A DNA stretch of 64,000 nucleotides, from positions 12,670 through 76,669 of the forward strand of contig REAS01000042.1 of NCBI GenBank assembly GCA_004294495.1, given 5' to 3'. This DNA comes from Sphingobacteriales bacterium. Its GTDB lineage: Bacteria; Bacteroidota; Bacteroidia; Sphingobacteriales; Sphingobacteriaceae. Shown piece by piece: positions 49,945 through 57,579 of the stretch (its first letter is position 1; each line of letters begins with the position of its first letter). The notes under the pieces were generated by a model. That model had not been told where the DNA came from and searched no databases. It was given only the letters and a program-made list of their open reading frames with translations. The translations under genes and the position numbers were made by a program.

Positions 49945-50107
49945 CCTGCCCTTCTACTTTTGTAAAGTCGAAGCCCAAATCGTAGGGTTTGCAACCCGAA
50001 AAAAAATGCATAATAAACTTTATGTGTTGTTAATTATTTAGTTAAGTTTAATCTCGGATTGCAAATCCTACAACATAAGCTTCCAGATTACAAATCTAGA
50101 AAAGCGG
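49945..50107 (+). repeat. 165-bp imperfect-palindromic element, copy B
   Basis: Same orientation as copy A and collinear over its full length, with scattered substitutions. Confidence 0.9.
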
Positions 50108-50144
50108 GATAATATTAACCATCCCCATTAACAAACAATAAAGT

Positions 50145-50555
50145 ATGAGTATAAGTTGTTCAGCAGCACCAACAAACAAAAAAGAGTATGTCACCGACAT
50201 TGGAAAAATACTGGTAAAAGATTATGGAAAGAAAAAGTATTATAAACCAGAAGAAGTAAAAAGTGCTCATAGAAAAAGTAAGTGGTATAATGGTATTGAC
50301 TTTTCATGTTGGGGTATGAGTACATTTTCTTCACACTCAGATTTTAACTATTATCACGAGCAAACAGGGGAAGCATGCGACTATGTTGAAATGAAAACAG
50401 AAATGTTAAAAGGACTGTCATTGTCAAGTGGGTCTGAAATATTTGACCTTCCCGACTTTGATATTGATGCATCCTGGCTGGACTTCGGTGAAGTCTTTGG
50501 ATACATTTTAGAAGGTATTGGAGAATTCATTGCTGGAATATTTGATGGAGTTTAA
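50145..50555 (+). CDS. hypothetical protein (single-gene cassette between repeat copies B and C)
   Basis: 136-aa ORF filling nearly all of the space between two repeat copies. No motif recognised. Confidence 0.5.
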   Translation: MSISCSAAPTNKKEYVTDIGKILVKDYGKKKYYKPEEVKSAHRKSKWYNGIDFSCWGMSTFSSHSDFNYYHEQTGEACDYVEMKTEMLKGLSLSSGSEIFDLPDFDIDASWLDFGEVFGYILEGIGEFIAGIFDGV

Positions 50556-50587
50556 CCGAAGACAAATCATAGATATAAATACTACCT

Positions 50588-50752
50588 CCCTGCTCTTCTA
50601 CTTTTGTAAAGACGAAGCCTAAATCGTAGGGTTTACAACCCGTAAAAAAAAACCTAATAAACTTTACGTGTTGTTAATTATTTAGCTATGTTTAATATCG
50701 GATTGCAAATCCTACAATATAAGCTTCCAGATTACAAATCTGTAAGAGCGGG
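50588..50752 (+). repeat. 165-bp imperfect-palindromic element, copy C
   Basis: Same orientation and collinear with copies A and B. Confidence 0.9.
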
Positions 50753-50836
50753 CAGTAAAAACCTACAATATTACTTTCAAATTTACTATCCATTTTAGAT
50801 TTTTTAACCGAAATGATTTATTGTATCTTAGTTGTT

Positions 50837-51061
50837 ATGAAACATTATTCTGAAATAATAACTATTGATTCTAAAGTTAGATTTGAAAAACCCTGCATAA
50901 GAGGAATGCGAATAAGCGTTTACGATATTTTGGGTTGGCTGGCCTCCGGAATGCTGATTGCCGAAATTTTAGCTGATTATTTAGAACTTACCGAAGAAGA
51001 TATTAAAGCGGCGTTGTATTATGCTGCCGATAAAGAGCATAAAATAAGAATTGCTTCATGA
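50837..51061 (+). CDS. DUF433-type antitoxin-like protein
   Basis: ORF 50813..51061, start chosen at the ATG at 50837. The sequence ITIDSKVRFEKPCIRGMRISVYDILGWLASGMLIAEILADYLELTEEDIKAALYYA matches the DUF433 pattern. Confidence 0.7.
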   Translation: MKHYSEIITIDSKVRFEKPCIRGMRISVYDILGWLASGMLIAEILADYLELTEEDIKAALYYAADKEHKIRIAS

Positions 51062-51192
51062 GAATTTTACTTGATGAAAACATTTCTTTTAGGGTAGTGA
51101 AATTTTTAAATGCTTTTGGTTTTAATTGTGTACAAGTTAGAGAACTTAACTTAGAGGCTGTAATTGATAGCAATAAAAAAAATAAATCATAG
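51058..51192 (+). pseudogene. truncated DUF5615/Mut7-C-like partner of DUF433
   Basis: Its ATG overlaps the DUF433 stop (ATGA). It encodes MRILLDENISFRVVKFLNAFGFNCVQVRELNL.. and then terminates after 44 codons. Full-length partners are about 110-120 aa as I recall them. Confidence 0.5.
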
Positions 51193-51328
51193 CTTTACAA
51201 ATACGTTAGTTTAAAAAAGCAAAAACCATCAATCCCAATAAAATAACATACCCAACAAATGCCGCTAAACTAGAACGATATTAATGAATTAAATAAATAT
51301 ATTTGTTAATCGTGTTAAACAAAAACGT

Positions 51329-51655
51329 ATGATACAAACCACCATAGTACCCAAAAATACAACTGTACATATTAATATACCCCATAACTATGTGGGTAAA
51401 AAAGTACACGCATTGATGTATATTGATGAAGAAATAACAGAAACCGCCAACTTATTGTTAACCCAAAACCCTTCCGATTTTTTGGAAACATTAAGCACAG
51501 AAGAACCAAACACGCAGCCGCACAACAATGACAAAAAAATGCCACCAAAGGTAGTAGAAATTAGTTTGTTGGTAAAAAGTTTAACCGGCGTTGTACCCAA
51601 TGTTGTTAATACAAATGATGATTATTACCAATATTTAACCAATAAATATTTGTGA
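51329..51655 (+). CDS. putative antitoxin of the PIN toxin
   Basis: 108-aa ORF overlapping the PIN gene start by 4 nt (ATGA coupling). Assignment is positional. Confidence 0.5.
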   Translation: MIQTTIVPKNTTVHINIPHNYVGKKVHALMYIDEEITETANLLLTQNPSDFLETLSTEEPNTQPHNNDKKMPPKVVEISLLVKSLTGVVPNVVNTNDDYYQYLTNKYL

Positions 51656-52059
51656 TGGATAACATTTTTGTGGATACTAATATTGTACTAGACTTGCTTC
51701 AAAAACGTGAAGGGTTTTATGAAGACGCCCAAAAGTTGTTTACTTTGGCAGATACGAAGCAGGTAAATCTATTTATTTCGGCTTTAAGCATTGCAAACAC
51801 ACATTATATTTTATTTAAACATTTAAAAATGGAGGCTCGTAAAGTGCTTGCCAGTTTTAAAACATTGGTAACAATTTTGCCACTTAACGACCATATTTTA
51901 TCTATGTCATTTGCTGCAGACTTTACCGACTTTGAAGATGCCATTCAATATTATACAGCCAGCGAAAATAATTTGGAAATGATAATCACAAGAAATAAAA
52001 AAGATTTTAAAAATCAAATACTGCCTATATTAACCCTAAAAGAATATTTGAAGCAATAA
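51652..52059 (+). CDS. PIN-domain toxin (VapC-like)
   Basis: 135 aa. The sequences FVDTNIVLDLL, ..FEDAIQYY.. and ..IITRNKKDF supply the acidic PIN residues at the expected spacing. Confidence 0.8.
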   Translation: MMDNIFVDTNIVLDLLQKREGFYEDAQKLFTLADTKQVNLFISALSIANTHYILFKHLKMEARKVLASFKTLVTILPLNDHILSMSFAADFTDFEDAIQYYTASENNLEMIITRNKKDFKNQILPILTLKEYLKQ

Positions 52060-52289
52060 TGGCTAAAATGGATAACAAACAAAAACGTTTGTAAAAAAAG
52101 CAGAACTCAATCAACCCCAATAAAAACCAAACAATACTTTAACAAAAAAATCCATAAAAAATTTGATCCATTTACTAAATACAGAGTCGCAAATTTCTCT
52201 TTTTAAAGGATTTAAAGATTAAAGTTAAAAGATAGGGCAAGTTAAAATAAGTGTTGCGTGAGGAAACACTTCTTGGAGAGGGCATTATT

Positions 52290-52613
52290 TTATTTCACCA
52301 ACTCAACTAGTTTACTTTCAATTTCTTGTTTTAACACATCTTCAATTTTACCCATCACTATTTCTACCATTTCTTTATCTAATGTTACAATTTTGTGAAG
52401 CCTAATAACTGAAGGCAGTTTTAACCCAGCTTTTTCCCATTTTACAATTGCGAAATCAAATTTTGTATCATAAAACTGACTTGTAATTCTGGCTACAATA
52501 ATGTCGCCATCTTCAAAATCATTAAGTATAATTGCTGGCCTTTTTTTTGATTTTTGCCCATTAGTAAAAGGGAAATTAAGCAAAACAATATCACCAAATT
52601 CTAATTTACTCAT
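52290..52613 (-). CDS. PemK/MazF-like toxin
   Basis: 107 aa. The sequence GDIVLLNFPFTNGQKSKKRPAIIL...DIIVARITSQ......LPSVIRLHKIVTLDK follows the MazF/PemK SH3-like pattern. Confidence 0.7.
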   Translation of the reverse strand: MSKLEFGDIVLLNFPFTNGQKSKKRPAIILNDFEDGDIIVARITSQFYDTKFDFAIVKWEKAGLKLPSVIRLHKIVTLDKEMVEIVMGKIEDVLKQEIESKLVELVK

Positions 52614-52833
52614 TATCTATTGTATCATATACATCATCAGCATCTGCATAACCATTTAAAAAATGTGTTTTAGCTACTTGTTTGTAATTAAAATCGTCGT
52701 TGTTGTCGGTTTCATTCATCAAAACAATAACTTTTATTTTTTTTTCTAAAGTTGGGTTAAATTGAGATTGAATTTTTTTAGGAATTTGTATTTGATTGTT
52801 TTTAACAGTGGTACTAAATTCTAAAGCTTTCAT
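52606..52833 (-). CDS. putative antitoxin of the MazF-like toxin
   Basis: ORF 52606..53019, trimmed to the ATG at 52833 (MKALEFSTTVKNNQIQIPKKI, a SpoVT/AbrB-like beginning). The longer version reads through repeated non-coding sequence. Overlaps the toxin start by 8 nt. Confidence 0.5.
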   Translation of the reverse strand: MKALEFSTTVKNNQIQIPKKIQSQFNPTLEKKIKVIVLMNETDNNDDFNYKQVAKTHFLNGYADADDVYDTIDNE

Positions 52834-52984
52834 TTTCTTACGTTTTTTCAAATATAACACAATTGAATAAAATTTAATAAGGCAAAAAAATGTTTCTTTC
52901 GCTTTGGTGCGTGTTTTCACTCTCCAATAAAAAATCAAGAATACTTTAACAAACAGAAGTTCACGCCATTTACTAAAAACAGAA

Positions 52985-53148
52985 CCCTGCCCTTCTACTT
53001 TTGTAAAGTCGAAGCCCAAATCGTAGGGTTTGCAACCCGTAAAAAAATGCCTAATAAACTTTACGTGTTGCTAATTATTTAGCTATGTTTAATATCGGAT
53101 TGCAAATTCTACAACATAAGCTTTTAGATTACAAATCTGAAAGAGCGG
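52985..53148 (+). repeat. 165-bp imperfect-palindromic element, copy D
   Basis: Same orientation. The right-hand hairpin is degraded (TTAGATTACAAATCTGA instead of CCAGATTACAAATCTGG). Confidence 0.9.
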
Positions 53149-53160
53149 ATTAAATATCTC

Positions 53161-53252
53161 TTATTCCCTTTTTCTACTATTTTCGCGTTTGCAGCCATCG
53201 TAGAGTTCATATTCTAACAATCGGCAATCTAAATACCGTTATAAAACTCAAT
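53161..53252 (-). pseudogene. degenerate duplicate of the last 30 or so codons of the THUMP methyltransferase gene
   Basis: 53161-53252 aligns base for base with 54832-54923, at about 85% identity by eye. There is a 1-nt deletion, and the copy includes its own stop codon. With the frame corrected it reads ..EFYNG.LDCRLLEYELYDGCKRENSRKRE*, against ..EFYNGKLDCRLLEYELYDGSKRENSDERE* in the intact gene. Confidence 0.8.
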
Positions 53253-53340
53253 ACTCCGCCTTGCTTTAAATTCATAACAATTAATTAACGTTTTAATTGT
53301 TTCTTTGAGGGTAAAATTTTTTTAAGATCTGTTTAGTTTT

Positions 53341-53997
53341 ATGGTAAATAACCAAGTACAAATTTCTGTTTTAATGGCAGTTTATAATACCAATTTTTCT
53401 TTAGTAAAACGGGCGGTAGATTCTGTACTTAACCAAACTTACCCTCATTTCGAAATTATAATAATAGATGATGGCAGCAATAACCAATGCCTTTGGAAAC
53501 TGATAGAGTATGTACAATTGTTCGAAGATAAAATTTCGTTTTTACAGCATAAAAATATTGGTCAATCAAAATCTATTAACCGAGGCGTACAAAACAGTAA
53601 AGGAAAATATATTACCATATTAGATGCCGATGACGAGTACGAAAACAACCATCTAGAATTGTGTTTAAACCAGATGGAAAACTATGATTTAATAGCATCA
53701 ACCACCAAAACAATTGTTGAAAACGAAAACGATTTTTTTGTAAGCGATAAACACGATACCACAAAATTGATACACGTTGATGACTGTATTTTATTTGCCA
53801 CACTGTTTGGCAAAAAAGAAATTTTTGAAAAAATAAAATTTGAAGATAAATATGCTGCCGATGCTCATTTTTACGAATCGGCTACCCGTTTTTTTACTAC
53901 CGCTAAACTAGATTTGCGCACCTATATTTATTACCGAAACAACCCAAATAGCATTACAGCAAAAATGAAACAAAAAAACGATGCTTTGGTGTTATAG
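53341..53997 (+). CDS. family 2 glycosyltransferase
   Basis: 218 aa with ISVLMAVYNT, IIIIDDGS and ILDADDEY (DxD). Confidence 0.8.
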   Translation: MVNNQVQISVLMAVYNTNFSLVKRAVDSVLNQTYPHFEIIIIDDGSNNQCLWKLIEYVQLFEDKISFLQHKNIGQSKSINRGVQNSKGKYITILDADDEYENNHLELCLNQMENYDLIASTTKTIVENENDFFVSDKHDTTKLIHVDDCILFATLFGKKEIFEKIKFEDKYAADAHFYESATRFFTTAKLDLRTYIYYRNNPNSITAKMKQKNDALVL

Positions 53998-54021
53998 GTT
54001 TAGGTAAGATGAAAAACATAT

Positions 54022-54765
54022 ATGAAAACCAAGCCCAATAATGTTATTCTTGCTTGTTACTTTACAGGTGTTTATGATGTAAACCGTAACCAAATATTAG
54101 CAGATAACGATTTTTCGAAAATAGAAAGCTGGGCTGCACCAATGGCTGCACAAAAAATATTAGGCATAGTTTTTCACAATAGTTTAACTGACGAAACCTG
54201 CCAACTACACACCAATAAATATTTACAATTTATTAAAGTAGAGTTAGATAGTAATTATAGCCCAAATGTATATCGGTATTTTTTATACAACACTTATTTG
54301 CAAAACAATAAAGTAGATAACGTTTTTATTACCGATAGCACAGATGTTGTGGCTTTACAAAATCCGTTTATACAACCTCTTTTTACAAACAATAACCAAG
54401 CAATTTTTTGCGGCGACGAACCCCAAATACTAAACAACCCTTGGATGGATAGCCATAGCAAACACCTACGTAGTGTAATAAATAACTATGCCGCTTACGA
54501 AGAAAAACACAAAAACTCAACATTGTTAAACTGCGGAATTGTAGGAGGTAGTTTTACCATTATGCAGTTTTTTTTAGATAAAATTTGCCAAATTCACAGG
54601 CAATATAACTCCAATAATAAAACGGCTTATACTGGCGATATGGGTGCATTTAATTATTTATTGCGCACCCAATTTAATGATAACATTATACACGGCCAAC
54701 CCGTAAACACCATTTTTAAAGCTTATGAAAACGAGCGGTTAGACTGTTGGTTTGCACATAAGTAA
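54022..54765 (+). CDS. hypothetical protein, co-oriented with the GT2 gene
   Basis: 247-aa ORF starting 25 nt after the GT2 gene. No motif recognised. Confidence 0.5.
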   Translation: MKTKPNNVILACYFTGVYDVNRNQILADNDFSKIESWAAPMAAQKILGIVFHNSLTDETCQLHTNKYLQFIKVELDSNYSPNVYRYFLYNTYLQNNKVDNVFITDSTDVVALQNPFIQPLFTNNNQAIFCGDEPQILNNPWMDSHSKHLRSVINNYAAYEEKHKNSTLLNCGIVGGSFTIMQFFLDKICQIHRQYNSNNKTAYTGDMGAFNYLLRTQFNDNIIHGQPVNTIFKAYENERLDCWFAHK

Positions 54766-54831
54766 TGGGAGTTTTCAAATTTTAGTAGCAACTACTTTAA
54801 AAACTATTAACCCAACCCTATTAAACTCAAC

Positions 54832-56016
54832 CTACTCCCTTTCGTCACTATTTTCCCGTTTACTGCCATCGTAAAGTTCATACTCTAACAATCGGCAATC
54901 TAACTTACCATTATAAAACTCTATGCGATGACTGGCTCGTAAGCCTATTTTTTTGGCTAAATCGGGATTACCTGTAAAAATATAGCCACGGTAGCCTTTA
55001 CAATCTTGTTTTAGGTAGTCGCCAATACGTTTGTAAGTAGCTTCAAGTTTGGTGTGTACGCCTAAACGTTCGCCATATTCGGGGTTAAAAACTATAACAC
55101 CTGGCTGGCCTTCGGGTAAAACAGTTTCGGCAAAATCGGCAACCTGAAAATCAATTAAGGTATCAACACCAGCAGTTCGGGCATTTTTTTCTGAAATTGC
55201 AACAGCATCTTCCGATATATCTGAGGCTATAATTTTAAAATTGATGTTTTTAACTACTTGATCTTTAAGTATGCGGCGTTCTTTAAAAAAAACATCTTCC
55301 TCGTAACCCAAAATATGCATAAAAGCGTAGTTCATACGCAATAAACCGGGTGTACGGTTGGTAGCAATTAAAGCGGCTTCAATAGCTAAAGTACCCGAGC
55401 CGCACATGGGGTTCACAAATGTGCTTTGTTTATCCCACCCAGTGGCAAAAATTGTACCTGCTGCCAAAGCTTCTAACATTGGGGCTTTGCCGGGTATTTT
55501 GCGGTAGCTGTGTTTGGCTAATGTTTCGCCCGATGTATCTAAATAAATTTCGGCATTATCGTTTTTCCAGTACAAATGCACCACAGTTTTAGAATAATCG
55601 GATCCCGAATTTGGCCTTAAATTATGCACACTTTTTATCCTATCGGCAATAGCATCTTTAACTTTTAGGTTTGCAAAAAGCGGCGTTGTGATGGTTAAAT
55701 TATCAACATTAGAGGTTACCGAAAAGTAGCCACTAAAATCAATGAGTTTTTCCCACTCAATGCAAACTACTTCGTTATACATTTCGTTGGCGTTTGCTGC
55801 GGTAAATTCTTTAACACGGTATAAAATTTGGCTTGCGCAACGTAGGTTTAAATTTAGTTTAATACATTCGTTTACAGTAGCTTTTAATTCTATGCCGGTT
55901 GCAAAAACACGGTCGGGCTTAAAGCCCAGTGCTTCAACCTCTTGTTGTAGATAAGTTGATAGCCTTTTGTTGCAGGTAATAATAACCTTTGCGGGATTGT
56001 TGAAAACTTGATACAT
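54832..56016 (-). CDS. THUMP-domain class I SAM-dependent RNA methyltransferase (RlmL/YpsC-like)
   Basis: 394 aa with an N-terminal ferredoxin-like/THUMP part, PMCGSGTLAIEAAL (SAM motif I) and FNPEYGERLG (motif IV). Confidence 0.85.
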   Translation of the reverse strand: MYQVFNNPAKVIITCNKRLSTYLQQEVEALGFKPDRVFATGIELKATVNECIKLNLNLRCASQILYRVKEFTAANANEMYNEVVCIEWEKLIDFSGYFSVTSNVDNLTITTPLFANLKVKDAIADRIKSVHNLRPNSGSDYSKTVVHLYWKNDNAEIYLDTSGETLAKHSYRKIPGKAPMLEALAAGTIFATGWDKQSTFVNPMCGSGTLAIEAALIATNRTPGLLRMNYAFMHILGYEEDVFFKERRILKDQVVKNINFKIIASDISEDAVAISEKNARTAGVDTLIDFQVADFAETVLPEGQPGVIVFNPEYGERLGVHTKLEATYKRIGDYLKQDCKGYRGYIFTGNPDLAKKIGLRASHRIEFYNGKLDCRLLEYELYDGSKRENSDERE

Positions 56017-56073
56017 AATTTGCGCAAATTACTCAAATAAAATTTACAGATTTGAAATTCATTTGAGTTTATT

Positions 56074-56454
56074 ATGGAAATTAAAGGAAAAGTACACGAA
56101 GTATCAGAAATTATTAACGTAACCGAGTCTTTTAAAAAAAGAGAATTGGTTGTTGAATATGCAGAAAACCCACAATACCCCGAGTTTGTAAAATTTGAAG
56201 CCATACAAGATAAATGCGCTTTATTAGATAACTTACAAGTTGGTGCAGAGGTTGAAGTATCGTTTAACTTAAAAGGACGAGCTTATACCGACAAAATGGG
56301 TAAAAAAGGATATTTCAACTCGTTACATGTTTGGAAAGTAAGCAGCACAAATGCAGCAGCAGCCCCTGCGGCAGCCGCACCAGTAACACCCGAATATGCA
56401 CCCCCAGTTGATGTGAGTGCCGCACCTGGTGAAGATGGCGATTTGCCGTTTTAA
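56074..56454 (+). CDS. DUF3127 OB-fold-like protein with Ala/Pro linker and acidic DLPF tip
   Basis: 126 aa. MEIKGKVHEV...FKKRELVVEYAENPQYPEFVKFE...VSFNLKGR matches DUF3127 as I remember it. The C-terminus is AAAAPAAAAPVTPEYAPPVDVSAAPGEDGDLPF. Confidence 0.65.
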   Translation: MEIKGKVHEVSEIINVTESFKKRELVVEYAENPQYPEFVKFEAIQDKCALLDNLQVGAEVEVSFNLKGRAYTDKMGKKGYFNSLHVWKVSSTNAAAAPAAAAPVTPEYAPPVDVSAAPGEDGDLPF

Positions 56455-56549
56455 ATAATAATTGCAAATAAAATACATTAAACGGCCATCGTAATAAACA
56501 CGATTGGTCGTTTTTTTTTATATTTTGCAAAACCACGTAACCGTAAATT

Positions 56550-57521
56550 ATGCTTTTAGTAACCGGCGCCACAGGCTTTTTAGGCGCACAATTGGTAATA
56601 CAACTTTTACAAACCGAAAATAAAGTTAGGTGCATAAAAAGAAGTACATCAAGCATCCCACAAAAATTAAACGCTTTAAACCATAAAATTGAGTGGCTTA
56701 ACGCCGATTGTTTGGACATTTGCGATTTAGAAACTGCTTTTATAGGCATTACAAAAGTTTACCACTGTGCTGCAATGGTAAGTTTAAACGCCGCTAATAA
56801 AGCTAAAATGGTTCGTAACAATGTAGAAAGTACCGCCAACATTGTTGACTTGTGCTTAGCTAACGGAGTGCAAAAATTAATTCATGTAAGTTCTATTGCC
56901 GCATTAGGGAAAAGTAAAAATGGCGAATTAATTACCGAAAACCATTATTGGGATGCTTTTGATATTAACAATGGCTACGCAATATCTAAATACCTAAGCG
57001 AAATGGAAGTTTGGCGAGGAATTGAAGAAGGTTTAAACGCGGTTATTGTAAATCCATCGGTAATTTTAGGAGTTGATGCTAGGCCACAAGGCACACAAAG
57101 TATTTTTAACACTGTAAAATACAAATTAAAATTTTACACCGCCGGCGGTAGTGGTTTTGTTAATGTTTATGATGTTGCCCGCTGTATGATTTTTTTAGGA
57201 AATAGCCAAATTACCGCCCAACGTTACATAATTAGTGCGCAAAATTATAGTTACAAACAATTGGTGCAAGAAATTTCAAGTGCGTTTGGCATTAGCGCCC
57301 CCACCAAATTAGCAACGCCTTTTACGCTGGGCATAGCTTGGCGATTAGGCAAAATAAAAAGCTGGTTTACCAATGGCGAAGCAAAAATTACCAAAGATAT
57401 GGCCACTTTTGCATCAACTTTAGAAGCTTATGATAACCAAAAAATTAAAAAAATTATTGATTTTGATTTTATACCCATAAATCAAACTATTATTGAAGTG
57501 GCAAAAAGTTTGACTAAATAA
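56550..57521 (+). CDS. NAD-dependent epimerase/dehydratase (extended SDR)
   Basis: 323 aa with LVTGATGFLGAQLV and a YAISK (YxxxK) catalytic motif. Confidence 0.8.
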   Translation: MLLVTGATGFLGAQLVIQLLQTENKVRCIKRSTSSIPQKLNALNHKIEWLNADCLDICDLETAFIGITKVYHCAAMVSLNAANKAKMVRNNVESTANIVDLCLANGVQKLIHVSSIAALGKSKNGELITENHYWDAFDINNGYAISKYLSEMEVWRGIEEGLNAVIVNPSVILGVDARPQGTQSIFNTVKYKLKFYTAGGSGFVNVYDVARCMIFLGNSQITAQRYIISAQNYSYKQLVQEISSAFGISAPTKLATPFTLGIAWRLGKIKSWFTNGEAKITKDMATFASTLEAYDNQKIKKIIDFDFIPINQTIIEVAKSLTK

Positions 57522-57579
57522 TAGCATAGTACACAAACCTTTTTTTGTACTTTTATTTTTCTAAAAAAAAACTGGCCTA

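Noticed and set aside
52606-53019. 137-aa version of the MazF-partner ORF, and the 93-aa ORF 48573..48854
   Set aside because: Their extensions run through repeated non-coding sequence (the junction motif and the left arm of the 165-bp element). This produces shared pseudo-peptides (GFDFTKVEGQG / GLRLNKSRRAG, ..FYW.V..). They were trimmed to internal ATGs.
48804-53148. tRNA genes or fragments inside the 165-bp repeats (hairpins resembling anticodon arms: GGA-TTGCAAA-TCC, CCAGA-TTACAAA-TCTGG, GGG-TTTGCAA-CCC)
   Set aside because: No acceptor stem, D-arm or T-arm (GTTCRANYC) could be found around them. The hairpins are better explained as stems with 3-nt loops within the element's inverted-repeat arms.
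48804-53148. Calling the array a canonical class-type integron
   Set aside because: The window has no IntI-like tyrosine recombinase, no attI and no canonical R''/R' boxes (RYYYAAC/GTTRRRY). At 165 bp the elements are also longer than typical attC sites. It is therefore kept only as an architectural analogy in the findings.
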